Assembly (NCBI GenBank): GCA_963660435.1
Contig: CAVKYI010000009.1
Location: 371 to 64,370 of the forward strand
Source: Sodaliphilus sp.
Lineage (GTDB): Bacteria; Fibrobacterota; Fibrobacteria; Fibrobacterales; Fibrobacteraceae
Length of the DNA stretch: 64,000 nt
Direction of reading: 5' to 3'
A program made the translations under genes and the position numbers. Below are positions 47,387 through 56,159 of this stretch, in pieces. Under the pieces are notes generated by a model. It was not told the DNA's origin. It searched no databases and worked only from the letters and a program-made list of their open reading frames with translations. How positions within the stretch are numbered: position 1 is the stretch's first letter; every line of letters begins with the position of its first letter.

Positions 47387-48178
47387 TTAAAGGGCAAAGC
47401 CGACGCCCGCTTCGAGGACAAACGAAGACGCGTCGATTTCATCGTCATAATCGACACCGAAATAGTATTTGCCGTTTACGTAGGCGGCGACGGGGATAAT
47501 CGGGAGCTTTGCGCGGACGCCCAACAGAATGTGCCCGCCGAGATTCGTATTCAAGCCGTCATCCTGCAATTTCGACGAAATCTTGTCCGAAAGTTCCTTT
47601 GTCTGGTCCGCAGTCATCGTCCCGGTCGCGAGAGCTTTTTGCAATTCACCGTCCAGCACATCCATATAGCCCTTGATAAACTTTGCGCTCATCACGGGAG
47701 TGCTCAGGTAATAGGTGATGCCGCCGCCGATATAAGGCCGGATGATCGGAAGCCACGTAATCGGGTAGGTGATGGAAAGGTCGCCGTTCATCGCCACGAA
47801 CTTCGGAGTGGTCTTGCCAAAAGGCACGCCGTCAAATTCGAGTTCGATATCCTGCTCCATCGCCTTGCCGTCGGGACCTGTCACCGTCATCGTGGAACTG
47901 TAGGAACCCCACGCCAGATTGTAGGTCGCTTCGACATCGATAATCGGGAGAATATCGACCCAGAGCTTGAGACCGAAGCCCTGCATTCCGCTGAACGACC
48001 CGTGCCTGTATTCGATCGACGAACTGAGTTCACCCGACCCAAAACTTCCGATACTTTCATTCTTTGTCTTGTCGAGGCTCGTGCCGAAATTCGGTGCATA
48101 GTGGAAGCCCAGACCGATGATGGCAAATGACGGGGAAACGCAAAGGGCAGCCAGAACGGCGAGCAGTTTTAACTTCAT
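47387..48178 (-). CDS. hypothetical outer-membrane beta-barrel-like protein
   Basis: Signal peptide MKLKLLAVLAALCVSPSFA. Alternating-strand pattern. 17 nt upstream of the response regulator. Confidence 0.55.
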   Translation of the reverse strand: MKLKLLAVLAALCVSPSFAIIGLGFHYAPNFGTSLDKTKNESIGSFGSGELSSSIEYRHGSFSGMQGFGLKLWVDILPIIDVEATYNLAWGSYSSTMTVTGPDGKAMEQDIELEFDGVPFGKTTPKFVAMNGDLSITYPITWLPIIRPYIGGGITYYLSTPVMSAKFIKGYMDVLDGELQKALATGTMTADQTKELSDKISSKLQDDGLNTNLGGHILLGVRAKLPIIPVAAYVNGKYYFGVDYDDEIDASSFVLEAGVGFAL

Positions 48179-48305
48179 TCCAAACTCCTTGAATTTTTAC
48201 CCCCAAACTACATAAAAAAACGGAAAAACGGACATTTTTAATTTTCGTGAAGCGTTCCTTTGGATTTTTCGGCGGAAAAAGGCTGTTTTTGGGGAAGCGA
48301 GGTGT

Positions 48306-48505
48306 GTCAGAGATTAGTGGATAGATCTTAGTTCTTAGAACATAGGACGTTTAGGCTTTTGGGAAGCGGCAAACGGGACACGGGACGATGTCATTCGAGA
48401 TTATCGGGTCAAGCCCGATAATGACAGCTTGGAGAGATTGCCGGGTCACGCCCGGCAATGACACATTGCAAAAAACGGCAATGACAGGTTAGCGAGCTTG
48501 TCGAG
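48306..48505. repeat. interspersed repeat modules (about 83-nt module plus three tandem AATGAC-ended hairpins)
   Basis: 48306-48388 matches 56199-56280 (39-nt identical core tagtggatagatcttagttcttagaacataggacgttta). Hairpins at 48390-48425, 48436-48462 and 48462-48485. 48478-48504 is the inverted copy of 56406-56432. Confidence 0.8.
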
Positions 48506-48517
48506 CTAAGCGAAACT

Positions 48518-49294
48518 TCAGTCTTTCACGCAGCGGACGGAAATCGCCGTATAGCTGGCAGCGGTACTCTTTTTGGAACTTTCCGAGGCATCGACGGAAA
48601 AGTCATTGTAGCCTGTCGCCGAGAAGAACCAGCCCGTGTTGCCTTCGTCTCCGAAATAATACACGCCCGACGGAAGCGCGGAAAATCCGTAAGCGTCTTC
48701 GTCGTCCAAGTCCGGATGCTTTTCCTCCCAGCCGCTCGACGCCCGCAAGGCCGCAGACGCTTTCGATTGTCCACCGATGCTTGCAAACAGCGTTTCCCAT
48801 TCGCCGTCATCCGGCACGTGCCAACCGCTCGGGCAGGAAACGGCTGCCCGGACATAGAGCCGGCCGTATTTTTCGCAATAGGAATCGTCGCCGTCGTAGC
48901 AATAAGAGGTCCCGCTTTTCGGCAAATAGTTCAGGTTCTGCGCCATCCAGGTTTGACCGCCGATGGTAACCGTCCGATACACCTGGCAATCCCTTTCGTC
49001 CAAGAGAAAACCATAACCGCAATCGGCTAACATTTTCTGGTTCAGATGTTCCGTAGGCACGAAGCTTAGCGTAGGACAGGCTGCGGAAATAAGCGAAGCC
49101 GTATCGGCATTGGGGCAACGGTTCTCGTCGGGTGCGGCGGACGAAGACGATAAAACACCATACGAATAGCGACTTTCGCTGGACGCTGCACCGCTATCCG
49201 GCAGATAGATGTTCGTGACATTGTCGCCGCAGCCTGAAAGAACGAGAAATACGCCGAGCACTAAAACATGCCGAAGCACTTTGACAGGATTCAT
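48518..49294 (-). CDS. FISUMP-domain lipoprotein
   Basis: Lipobox LVLSGCG. DERDCQVYRTVTIGGQTWMAQNLNY...CYDGDDSYCEKYGRLY...CPSGWHVPDDGEWETL...ISVRCVKD. Confidence 0.8.
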   Translation of the reverse strand: MNPVKVLRHVLVLGVFLVLSGCGDNVTNIYLPDSGAASSESRYSYGVLSSSSAAPDENRCPNADTASLISAACPTLSFVPTEHLNQKMLADCGYGFLLDERDCQVYRTVTIGGQTWMAQNLNYLPKSGTSYCYDGDDSYCEKYGRLYVRAAVSCPSGWHVPDDGEWETLFASIGGQSKASAALRASSGWEEKHPDLDDEDAYGFSALPSGVYYFGDEGNTGWFFSATGYNDFSVDASESSKKSTAASYTAISVRCVKD

Positions 49295-49322
49295 CTTTTA
49301 CCTCGCCAAAAATGAGAATTTT

Positions 49323-50660
49323 TTAGTCCTTGATGCAGCGAATGGAATTGGCTGTAGTTTTGAGAAGTTCTTGATAACCTCCCCATGTATCATTTTCGCT
49401 TTCTAGTTCTAGCCTCATTTTCTTAGCCTTGGTTGCAGAAGAATCTGTAGAACTCCACCAATTTCCGCCCAAACCGATACAACCGTCAAACCCCACGAAC
49501 TTTTTACCGTTAATCGTAATACTTTCACCGAACAAATAGTTATCCCCCGGAAGCCCAGCCCAGCCGAAAAGATCCGTCCCCGGGGTAAGAGTATTGTATA
49601 ACAGGCCAACCTTAGTACTGCGTACCGAATCCTGCCGCCACAGGTAGCGCGCCTTGAGGCTCGTGCCGACGCCCTCCGCGCCGTTGTGCGCGTCCACGTA
49701 GGCGGCAAGGGCGTCCCATTCCGCGTCGCTCGGCAGGTGGAAGCCCTCGGGACAGACGCCCCGGTGCGGAGTCCCTATCATTCCTTCTTCGGTCAGCCGG
49801 CTGTTGTAGGCGCTGTCGAAGCCCATCGCCGCGCTCCACGTGTAGAGCCGCCCGTAGGTCTCGCAGAACGCGAGCGAGTCGTAGTAGCAGTGCGTTTGCC
49901 CGCGCAGCGTGGTGTCCGAGGAGTCGTAGAAGTCCAGGTTCTGCGCCATCCAGACCTGCGAGCCTATCTCGATCGTACGATAAACCTTGTTGTCACGTTT
50001 GTCCAAAAGCTCGCCGTATTCGAAGGCGGGGTTCAGGTAGGCGGTCGTCACGCAGTCGTATTCCGAGCAGCTGAAATTCCCCTCGGGGACCTTCGCAAGT
50101 CCGTCTTTGCCGTCCGCGCCATCTTTCCCGTTCAAAATTACCCCGACGGAATCTCCCCCGCAGACGATCCTGTAGCCCGAGCCGTCGAAAAGCGCCTCCG
50201 CGGTGCAGCTGGAGCCGTCCAACCCGAGTACCGTATCGATGACTACCAGCGTGTCGGACTTCGAGACGACAAGCGTATCCACCGACGATTTCCCGTCCTT
50301 GCCGTCGAAGCCGTCCTTCCCGTTCACGATTGTCCCGACCGTGTCCCCGCCGCAAACGACGACGATCCCCTTCGCCGTGGAGTCCGCCGTGCAGCCCGAA
50401 CCTTTCTCGCCGTCGGAACCGTCACGTCCGTCCGAGCCGTTCAGCGTCGCCCACGCCGAATCCGCGCAATAATAAACCTTCGCCGAATCGGCAATGTAGA
50501 GCATCTCGCCGGCGTTTCCCGCCGTGCATTCCGGCAGTTCGCCGAAGCTCGCCACCTGCCCGACGCCCGCCATGTTCACCTCGGTCACGTCGTCACCGCA
50601 GGCGGAGAGAAGCGCCACGCCAGCGACCGGCAGAAGAAATTTTACAGCTTGATTTTTCAT
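49323..50660 (-). CDS. FISUMP-domain lipoprotein with short collagen-like G-X-Y runs (long paralog)
   Basis: Lipobox LLSACGDD. GSDGRDGSDGEKGSG, GKDGFDGKDG and GKDGADGKDG runs. C-terminal WMAQNLDF...YGRLYTW...CPEGFHLPSDAEW...SIRCIKD. Confidence 0.8.
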   Translation of the reverse strand: MKNQAVKFLLPVAGVALLSACGDDVTEVNMAGVGQVASFGELPECTAGNAGEMLYIADSAKVYYCADSAWATLNGSDGRDGSDGEKGSGCTADSTAKGIVVVCGGDTVGTIVNGKDGFDGKDGKSSVDTLVVSKSDTLVVIDTVLGLDGSSCTAEALFDGSGYRIVCGGDSVGVILNGKDGADGKDGLAKVPEGNFSCSEYDCVTTAYLNPAFEYGELLDKRDNKVYRTIEIGSQVWMAQNLDFYDSSDTTLRGQTHCYYDSLAFCETYGRLYTWSAAMGFDSAYNSRLTEEGMIGTPHRGVCPEGFHLPSDAEWDALAAYVDAHNGAEGVGTSLKARYLWRQDSVRSTKVGLLYNTLTPGTDLFGWAGLPGDNYLFGESITINGKKFVGFDGCIGLGGNWWSSTDSSATKAKKMRLELESENDTWGGYQELLKTTANSIRCIKD

Positions 50661-50709
50661 CGCATGACTCCTTTTGGATAAAACTGGACAAGCTTCCTAA
50701 AAAAACACG

Positions 50710-51798
50710 TCAATCCTTCACGCAGCGGACGGAAAGACCGTTCCCCTTCATGAAGTCTATCTTGACAAACTGGTTCGTCTGGACGCTCCACGAAACGGCG
50801 GACGTTTCCAACTTCTCCGTCGAGCTCCACCAATAGCCGAAGTTTCCCAGCTGGCGGTCAAATCCGGTAAATCCGACCTCGCCCGTGGATGAAATCGTGC
50901 CATATGATGTTTTGTCTCCCGGAAGTCCCGACCAGCCGAAAAGGTCCGTTTCGTAGGCCGCTTCAAAAGAATTGGCGGGACCGGTCCACAGGTAACGCGC
51001 CTTGAGGCTCGCCCCCGCGCCCTCCGCACCGTTATGCGCATCCACATAGGCGCCAAGCGTATCCCATTCCGCATCGCTCGGCAGGTGCCATCCCTCGGGG
51101 CAAACTCCCCGATGAGGCGTCCTTATCATTTCCGCTTCCGTCTGCCGGTTGTTGTAGTCGGAAAGGAATTTCATGGCGGCACTCCACGAATAAAGGCGAC
51201 CGTACGTTTCGCAGAATACAAGCGAGTCGTAATAGCAGGCGGTTTGCCCTTCGAGTGAAACATCCGAGGAATCGTAGAAGTCCAGGTTCTGCGCCATCCA
51301 GATCTGGGAACCGATTTCGATCGTGCGGTAAAGCTTGCCATCCCGCTCGTCCAAAAGCTCGCCGTATTCGAAGGCGGGGTTCAGGTAGGCTGTCGTCACG
51401 CAGTCGTATTCCGAGCAGCTGAAATTTCCCTCGGGGACTTTTCCAAAGCCGTTCACGATTGTCCCGACCGTGTCTCCGCCGCATACGACGACAAAGCCCT
51501 TCGCCGTGGAATCCGCCGTGCAGCCCGGACCTTTCTCGCCATCGGAACCGTCACGTCCGTCCGAGCCGTTCAGCGCCGCCCACGCCGAATCTGCGCAATA
51601 ATAAACCTTCGCCGAATCGATCGCGTAGAGCATCTCGCCGGCGTTTCCCGCAGTGCATTTCGGCAACCCGCCAAAACTCGCCACTTGTCCAATGCCTGCC
51701 TGACCCGCCATGTTCACCACGGTTACATCGTCCCCGCAGGCGGAGAGAAAAGCCACGTTCAAAACAAGCGGAAGAAATTTTGCCGTTAAATTTTTCAT
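50710..51798 (-). CDS. FISUMP-domain lipoprotein (short paralog of 49323..50660)
   Basis: Lipobox FLSACGDD. The first roughly 115 aa and the segment KVPEGNFSCSEYDCVTTAYLNPAFEYGELLD...WMAQNLDFYDSSD are near-identical to the neighbour. Confidence 0.8.
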   Translation of the reverse strand: MKNLTAKFLPLVLNVAFLSACGDDVTVVNMAGQAGIGQVASFGGLPKCTAGNAGEMLYAIDSAKVYYCADSAWAALNGSDGRDGSDGEKGPGCTADSTAKGFVVVCGGDTVGTIVNGFGKVPEGNFSCSEYDCVTTAYLNPAFEYGELLDERDGKLYRTIEIGSQIWMAQNLDFYDSSDVSLEGQTACYYDSLVFCETYGRLYSWSAAMKFLSDYNNRQTEAEMIRTPHRGVCPEGWHLPSDAEWDTLGAYVDAHNGAEGAGASLKARYLWTGPANSFEAAYETDLFGWSGLPGDKTSYGTISSTGEVGFTGFDRQLGNFGYWWSSTEKLETSAVSWSVQTNQFVKIDFMKGNGLSVRCVKD

Positions 51799-51863
51799 TG
51801 TCTAATTCCTTTTGTCTGGCAAGCAGCGAGCCGTCGTGACAGCCCGTCGTTGGACTTTTGAAA

Positions 51864-54599
51864 CTACCTCGCGTTCATCCGGACGGAACGGTTCTCGACT
51901 CGGACAATGTAGCTCCCTGCCCGAGGTGCGGAAAGCGTCATTTCCGAATTTTCAATACGACCCTTGGCGAGGACCTTTCCCTGCAAGTCGAAGAGCGTGT
52001 ATGGTTTGCCGACCGGTGCGGCGTGAACCTGGAAGTTTCTGCCCGAGGCGGTGACGCTCCATGTCGGAGTGGGGAGGTTCGCTACGAGGGCGTCGGAGGG
52101 TTCGGACGAGCTGCTGGAGTTTTTCCCAGCGGAACTCGACGAGGACTTTGCCGAAGAGCTGGAAGAGGCGACGCTCGAGCTGGACTTGCCGCTCGAAGAG
52201 GAAGCTTCACTTGAGCTGAAACTGCTGCTGAGCGGAATCTCCGTCGAATCGAAGACGGCCGTGTAGGTCGCGGGTCCCTTCACCGTGTCGATCGCGGGTT
52301 CCCAGCCAACAAAGGTGTAAGTGTATTTCGCGGAAGAGGCTCTTGTCGGGGTCGTCCCTGTGTAGGACGGGAGCGTGCCGTAGGCGGCTTCACCGCTTTG
52401 CAAAGTGTCGGAGCCGTTCACGAAAGCGATCCTGTAGAGGTTCGCCTCGTAGCGCGGCTCGATCCGCATGTCGGCGGAGACCTTCACCGTGTCGCCCGCC
52501 TTGCCCAGGTAGTCCCCGTCCGGGCCGTACCAGCCAGTGAACGTGTGCCCGGGCTTCTCCGGGGCTTCGGGGAGCGTGAACCACTCGTCCTCCTCGACCT
52601 TGACCGTATCCATGCCGTCGTCGCCGCGGTCGATGACAATTTCGCGATAGACCAGCTCCTCGAACAGCGCGGAGACCGTGACGTCCCCGGTGACGTTCGA
52701 GAGCGAGCCGTTCCATCCGACGAACTTGTAGCCTTCGCGCGAGGGCATCCCCGGGGCTTTCGCCGTCCCGCCGTAGGGGACCCGGACAGTCGCGAACACG
52801 GAGCTTCCGTTCATGAACGTGACCGTGTACAGGACCTTCGACGAGTCGTAGAGCGCCGTGTAGATGGCGTCGCCCGTCACCGCCTCGACAGCGGGCGTCC
52901 AGCCGGAGAACGCATAGTCGTAGGCGACCGTGCTTTCGCGGGCCGGGACTTTCGAGACGCCGGGCGTCGCGCCGTAAAGATACGTGGAAGACTGCAGCTC
53001 CGAGCCGTCGAAGTCGAGGAAGCGGACCGTGTAGGAGCGCAGCGTCGCCGAATAGACCGCATAGTAGTCGAAGTCCTCGGTGGCGGCGGTGGGTTCCACG
53101 TGCCAGCCCTCGAACGCGTAGCTGTACTGCGCCGTGGAAGCTTTCACGGGCATTCCGCTGTAGCTCGGCGTCTTGCCGTACTGCACGTACTGCGAATCGA
53201 GAAGCGTCGTGTCCGAGTCGAAGAACCGGATGGAGAAGTAGATGTCGGACGCGTCGATATAGACCGCGTGCACGGTCTGGTCCTTCGCAAAGACGGTCGA
53301 ACTCTTGACCTTCACGCCGTCGTCCGTGTACCAGCCGCCGAACATCTTGCCCTCGGGGGCTTCGGGATCTTCCGGGAAAGAGACCCGCCCCCTGTAGTTC
53401 GTGTAGCGGTTGGTCGTCGCGCCGCTGTCGTCGAAGACGACCTTGTAGATCGGCAAATGGAGCGAGTCCGCAAATACCGGGTAACCGACGCTGTCGCGGC
53501 TCCAGACGCCGCTGTGCGCAGCCGTGCCGTTCGTGGTGTTGAGGACCCAGGCGAAGCGGTCGCTCTGCATGTCGGACGTGTGCAGTCCCGAATTCGGGGC
53601 GACCGTGGAAAGCCCGGTCAGCACATCGGAATCGTAGTAGCAGTTGGTGACCGTGCCGGAATTGGAATAGATAACCCCGGCGCTTGCACTATTCGCTACA
53701 CTGAAACTGTTGACTATTTTTTTACCCGCTTCATTCTGTATAACAAGACCGCCCCCTCCAAAAGTATCTTCCAAACGTCCCAAATTCCTACAATTGCTCA
53801 CAGTGCCATCGTTTTTAGAAGTGATACCACCACTAGATCTAGCGATAACCGCACCTCTATTTGTACAACCAGTTACAAAGCCACTGTTACCGCCAACAAT
53901 GCCGCCCGAGCTCCGTAAGGCGGATACTGTACCCGTATTCGTGCAATAGTTCACCGTGCCATAGTTTTCAGCAGTAATACCAGCCACATAAAAATTCCCG
54001 CTCGCACCTTTCACATACCCCTTATTCATGCAGTCTGTAATTACGCCTCTGTTAAACCCCGCAATTCCTCCCGCCCTATCATAATAGCCTATAGCCGAAA
54101 CAAAGCCCATATTTGTACAGCCACTCACCAAGCCCCAATTGTAGGCAACAAAGCCTCCTTCATAGGCCGCGCCCTCTACTTTCGCATTTAAGTTCACATT
54201 TTTCACCACAGCAGCCTTGCCCGTTACCCCGAACAGACCGTTAAAGTAATTATTTTTCACACATAGCCCGTAAATCGTTCGGTCTACACCATCAAATATT
54301 CCATTGAATATCGCCGAAGAATCTTTTCCTATCGGCGTCCAGTTCACGGAACTGGTTTTACTCGTATCGTCCATGAACTTGATATCGTTCGCCAGCTGCG
54401 CATTGATGGTCGTCTTGCCACTATTCACCTGCGCGGCAAACCAAGCAAGCTCTTCGGCACTCGTAATCACATAGAAAACCTTGCCGTCGATTTTCTTTGT
54501 GCTTTCAGGTTCGCGTGTTGAGCCATTCCAGTTTGCCGCATAGAGCGAAGCGGATAAACTAAAAACCAAAAGCCATAATAATTTTTGGATGCTTTTCAT
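51864..54599 (-). CDS. large secreted surface protein: GLUG-like repeats, Listeria-Bacteroides-type repeats, Ser-rich linker, beta-sandwich sorting-like tail
   Basis: Signal peptide MKSIQKLLWLLVFSLSASLYA with a strong AGGAGG RBS. GLUG-like units (AGGIAGFNRGVITDC.N.G, SSGGIVGGNSGFVTGCTNRG). Repeated F.GW modules (FGGWY, FEGWH, FSGWTP, FVGWN, FTGWY, FVGWEP). About 45-aa poly-Ser linker. Tail YTLFDLQGKVLAKG...GSYIVRV resembles T9SS CTDs. Confidence 0.75.
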   Translation of the reverse strand: MKSIQKLLWLLVFSLSASLYAANWNGSTREPESTKKIDGKVFYVITSAEELAWFAAQVNSGKTTINAQLANDIKFMDDTSKTSSVNWTPIGKDSSAIFNGIFDGVDRTIYGLCVKNNYFNGLFGVTGKAAVVKNVNLNAKVEGAAYEGGFVAYNWGLVSGCTNMGFVSAIGYYDRAGGIAGFNRGVITDCMNKGYVKGASGNFYVAGITAENYGTVNYCTNTGTVSALRSSGGIVGGNSGFVTGCTNRGAVIARSSGGITSKNDGTVSNCRNLGRLEDTFGGGGLVIQNEAGKKIVNSFSVANSASAGVIYSNSGTVTNCYYDSDVLTGLSTVAPNSGLHTSDMQSDRFAWVLNTTNGTAAHSGVWSRDSVGYPVFADSLHLPIYKVVFDDSGATTNRYTNYRGRVSFPEDPEAPEGKMFGGWYTDDGVKVKSSTVFAKDQTVHAVYIDASDIYFSIRFFDSDTTLLDSQYVQYGKTPSYSGMPVKASTAQYSYAFEGWHVEPTAATEDFDYYAVYSATLRSYTVRFLDFDGSELQSSTYLYGATPGVSKVPARESTVAYDYAFSGWTPAVEAVTGDAIYTALYDSSKVLYTVTFMNGSSVFATVRVPYGGTAKAPGMPSREGYKFVGWNGSLSNVTGDVTVSALFEELVYREIVIDRGDDGMDTVKVEEDEWFTLPEAPEKPGHTFTGWYGPDGDYLGKAGDTVKVSADMRIEPRYEANLYRIAFVNGSDTLQSGEAAYGTLPSYTGTTPTRASSAKYTYTFVGWEPAIDTVKGPATYTAVFDSTEIPLSSSFSSSEASSSSGKSSSSVASSSSSAKSSSSSAGKNSSSSSEPSDALVANLPTPTWSVTASGRNFQVHAAPVGKPYTLFDLQGKVLAKGRIENSEMTLSAPRAGSYIVRVENRSVRMNAR

Positions 54600-54613
54600 A
54601 TTGTCCTCCTTTT

Positions 54614-55360
54614 TTAAAATTTGTCTTTGTAAATGCAAAGAATTTCTTCCACTTCCCAAGCCTTCTTTTGCGGGAAAAGCTTTTTAAAAGCAGAAAGCGA
54701 CATTCGGTTGCTGGGTTCTTTAAGCCATCCTTTCTCGAACAGAACCACAGCACCTTTCATAGCACCATTGTACAAAAAGACTTTTTTAGGCTTGAAACTT
54801 TTATTTTTCTGCTTTTCCAAAAACGCCCCAAGACGCATGGCGGTATCATAAATAGTCAGCTCGCCGATTTCGCCTTTTTTGCAGAATTTTTCAATATTCT
54901 TATAAAGGTTGTTAAAATCTTTACTGTCATAAATTGCCGCTTGATTCTTTTGCAAATCACTTGCAAACTGTTTTCGAGCAACCCCTGATATACAACGCTG
55001 ATGAGGATGACATTTCCCTGAAGCATCATAATGGAATCGTCCCGCTTTATCAATTACCGTTTTCCAATCTGGCAGATTGCCATAAAAATCAAGCGCTGCG
55101 CGCCAGCCCTTCCAACCATTTACCTGATAGTTGTACAAAATTTTAGTCAAGGCTATTTTTTTTAAATCTTTTGCAGTCCATATTTGATGGCAAATCAAAA
55201 AGCCAATGCACAATATCGGTACAGCAACCGAAGCAATCAGTAATCTTTTTTGCAAATTTCCCATATCACCTCCGAATGAAAAAGCTCCATACCCGACAAC
55301 CAAAACAAACACCAAGCACAGAAACAGCGCAAGCAGACAATCCTTCGCATCCCATTTCAC
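54614..55360 (-). CDS. hypothetical membrane-anchored protein (2 N-terminal TM plus a soluble domain of about 170 aa)
   Basis: GTG start overlapping the upstream stop (GTGA). TMs CLLALFLCLVFVLVVGYGAFSF and LLIASVAVPILCIGFLICHQIW. Soluble domain ends ...GELTIYDTAMRLGAFL...VFLYNGAMKGAVVLF...EEILCIYKDKF. About 40% GC. Confidence 0.5.
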   Translation of the reverse strand: MKWDAKDCLLALFLCLVFVLVVGYGAFSFGGDMGNLQKRLLIASVAVPILCIGFLICHQIWTAKDLKKIALTKILYNYQVNGWKGWRAALDFYGNLPDWKTVIDKAGRFHYDASGKCHPHQRCISGVARKQFASDLQKNQAAIYDSKDFNNLYKNIEKFCKKGEIGELTIYDTAMRLGAFLEKQKNKSFKPKKVFLYNGAMKGAVVLFEKGWLKEPSNRMSLSAFKKLFPQKKAWEVEEILCIYKDKF

Positions 55361-56043
55361 GATTTATCTCCTTTAATTTTACTCCGGTTAAACTCGATAC
55401 AGCCATCCTCGCAATTGCCTCGCGCCATCCAAACAAACGAAACAATCCCTAAAGCCGCCAGTGCGCAAATCGCGATATACAACACAAAGGGATTCACCCC
55501 GTTCATACAAGCGAAATGCCTACAAAACTTGACAACCTGGAAAACGAAAAGCCCTCCGGCACAAGTCGCCACCACATAACCGGCCATCAAGTTCACCTTG
55601 GAAACCGAAAAGGAATTTTTCTTGAAGATTTTAAAGAGAGGACCGCTCACTGCATTTTCCAGCATAAAAACATGATTTTCCCAGTTTTCCTGCCAGTGTC
55701 TTGAACCTTTCGACGTCAAAACCCAGGCAACCGCAAAGAAAAGCCCCAGCCCGGAAAGCGCCAAAAGCGGAAAATGCCAGAACTCCCCACAATAGATGTT
55801 TTTTAAAACATTATAATAGGCGACATAGATGGTCGTGATGAAAGCCCAGAAATAAGTCGTCCGCTTCCAGTAAAGCTCAATTTCAAACTCGCGGTTTTTA
55901 CAGGCCCGCTCGTAAGCTTTTTCCCACTTGGTTTTCTCTTTGCTAGCAATCTCGTCTGGCTTGGGGCAAAAAAATTCTTCGTACTTTTCTTTCGAAAGCG
56001 TTTCCGAATCAAATTCCGTTTCAATTCCACAGCCACGCGTCAT
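55357..56043 (-). CDS. hypothetical 4-TM membrane protein with a charged N-terminal cytoplasmic helix
   Basis: AAGGAAAG RBS. N-terminus KEKTKWEKAYERACKNREFEIELYWKRTTYFWAF. TMs at about 63-85, 90-112, 150-172 and 185-207. Loop motif GSRHWQENWENHVFMLENAVSGPLFK. Confidence 0.55.
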   Translation of the reverse strand: MTRGCGIETEFDSETLSKEKYEEFFCPKPDEIASKEKTKWEKAYERACKNREFEIELYWKRTTYFWAFITTIYVAYYNVLKNIYCGEFWHFPLLALSGLGLFFAVAWVLTSKGSRHWQENWENHVFMLENAVSGPLFKIFKKNSFSVSKVNLMAGYVVATCAGGLFVFQVVKFCRHFACMNGVNPFVLYIAICALAALGIVSFVWMARGNCEDGCIEFNRSKIKGDKS

Positions 56044-56159
56044 CTTTCTTTCCTTATGGTAAAAAGCAAGGTGAGATTCCCTTACACTTCAAACATAAGA
56101 AAAAAAAACGTTGTCAAGAAATTTTCGGAAATTCACCCGAAAAAGTGATTTGGGATACG

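Noticed and set aside
48390-48485. Three consecutive hairpins that could be mistaken for a mini CRISPR array
   Set aside because: The units differ in length and sequence, the spacers are 0-10 nt, there is no regular repeat-spacer periodicity and there are no cas genes. They belong to the dispersed GTCATT/AATGAC hairpin family.
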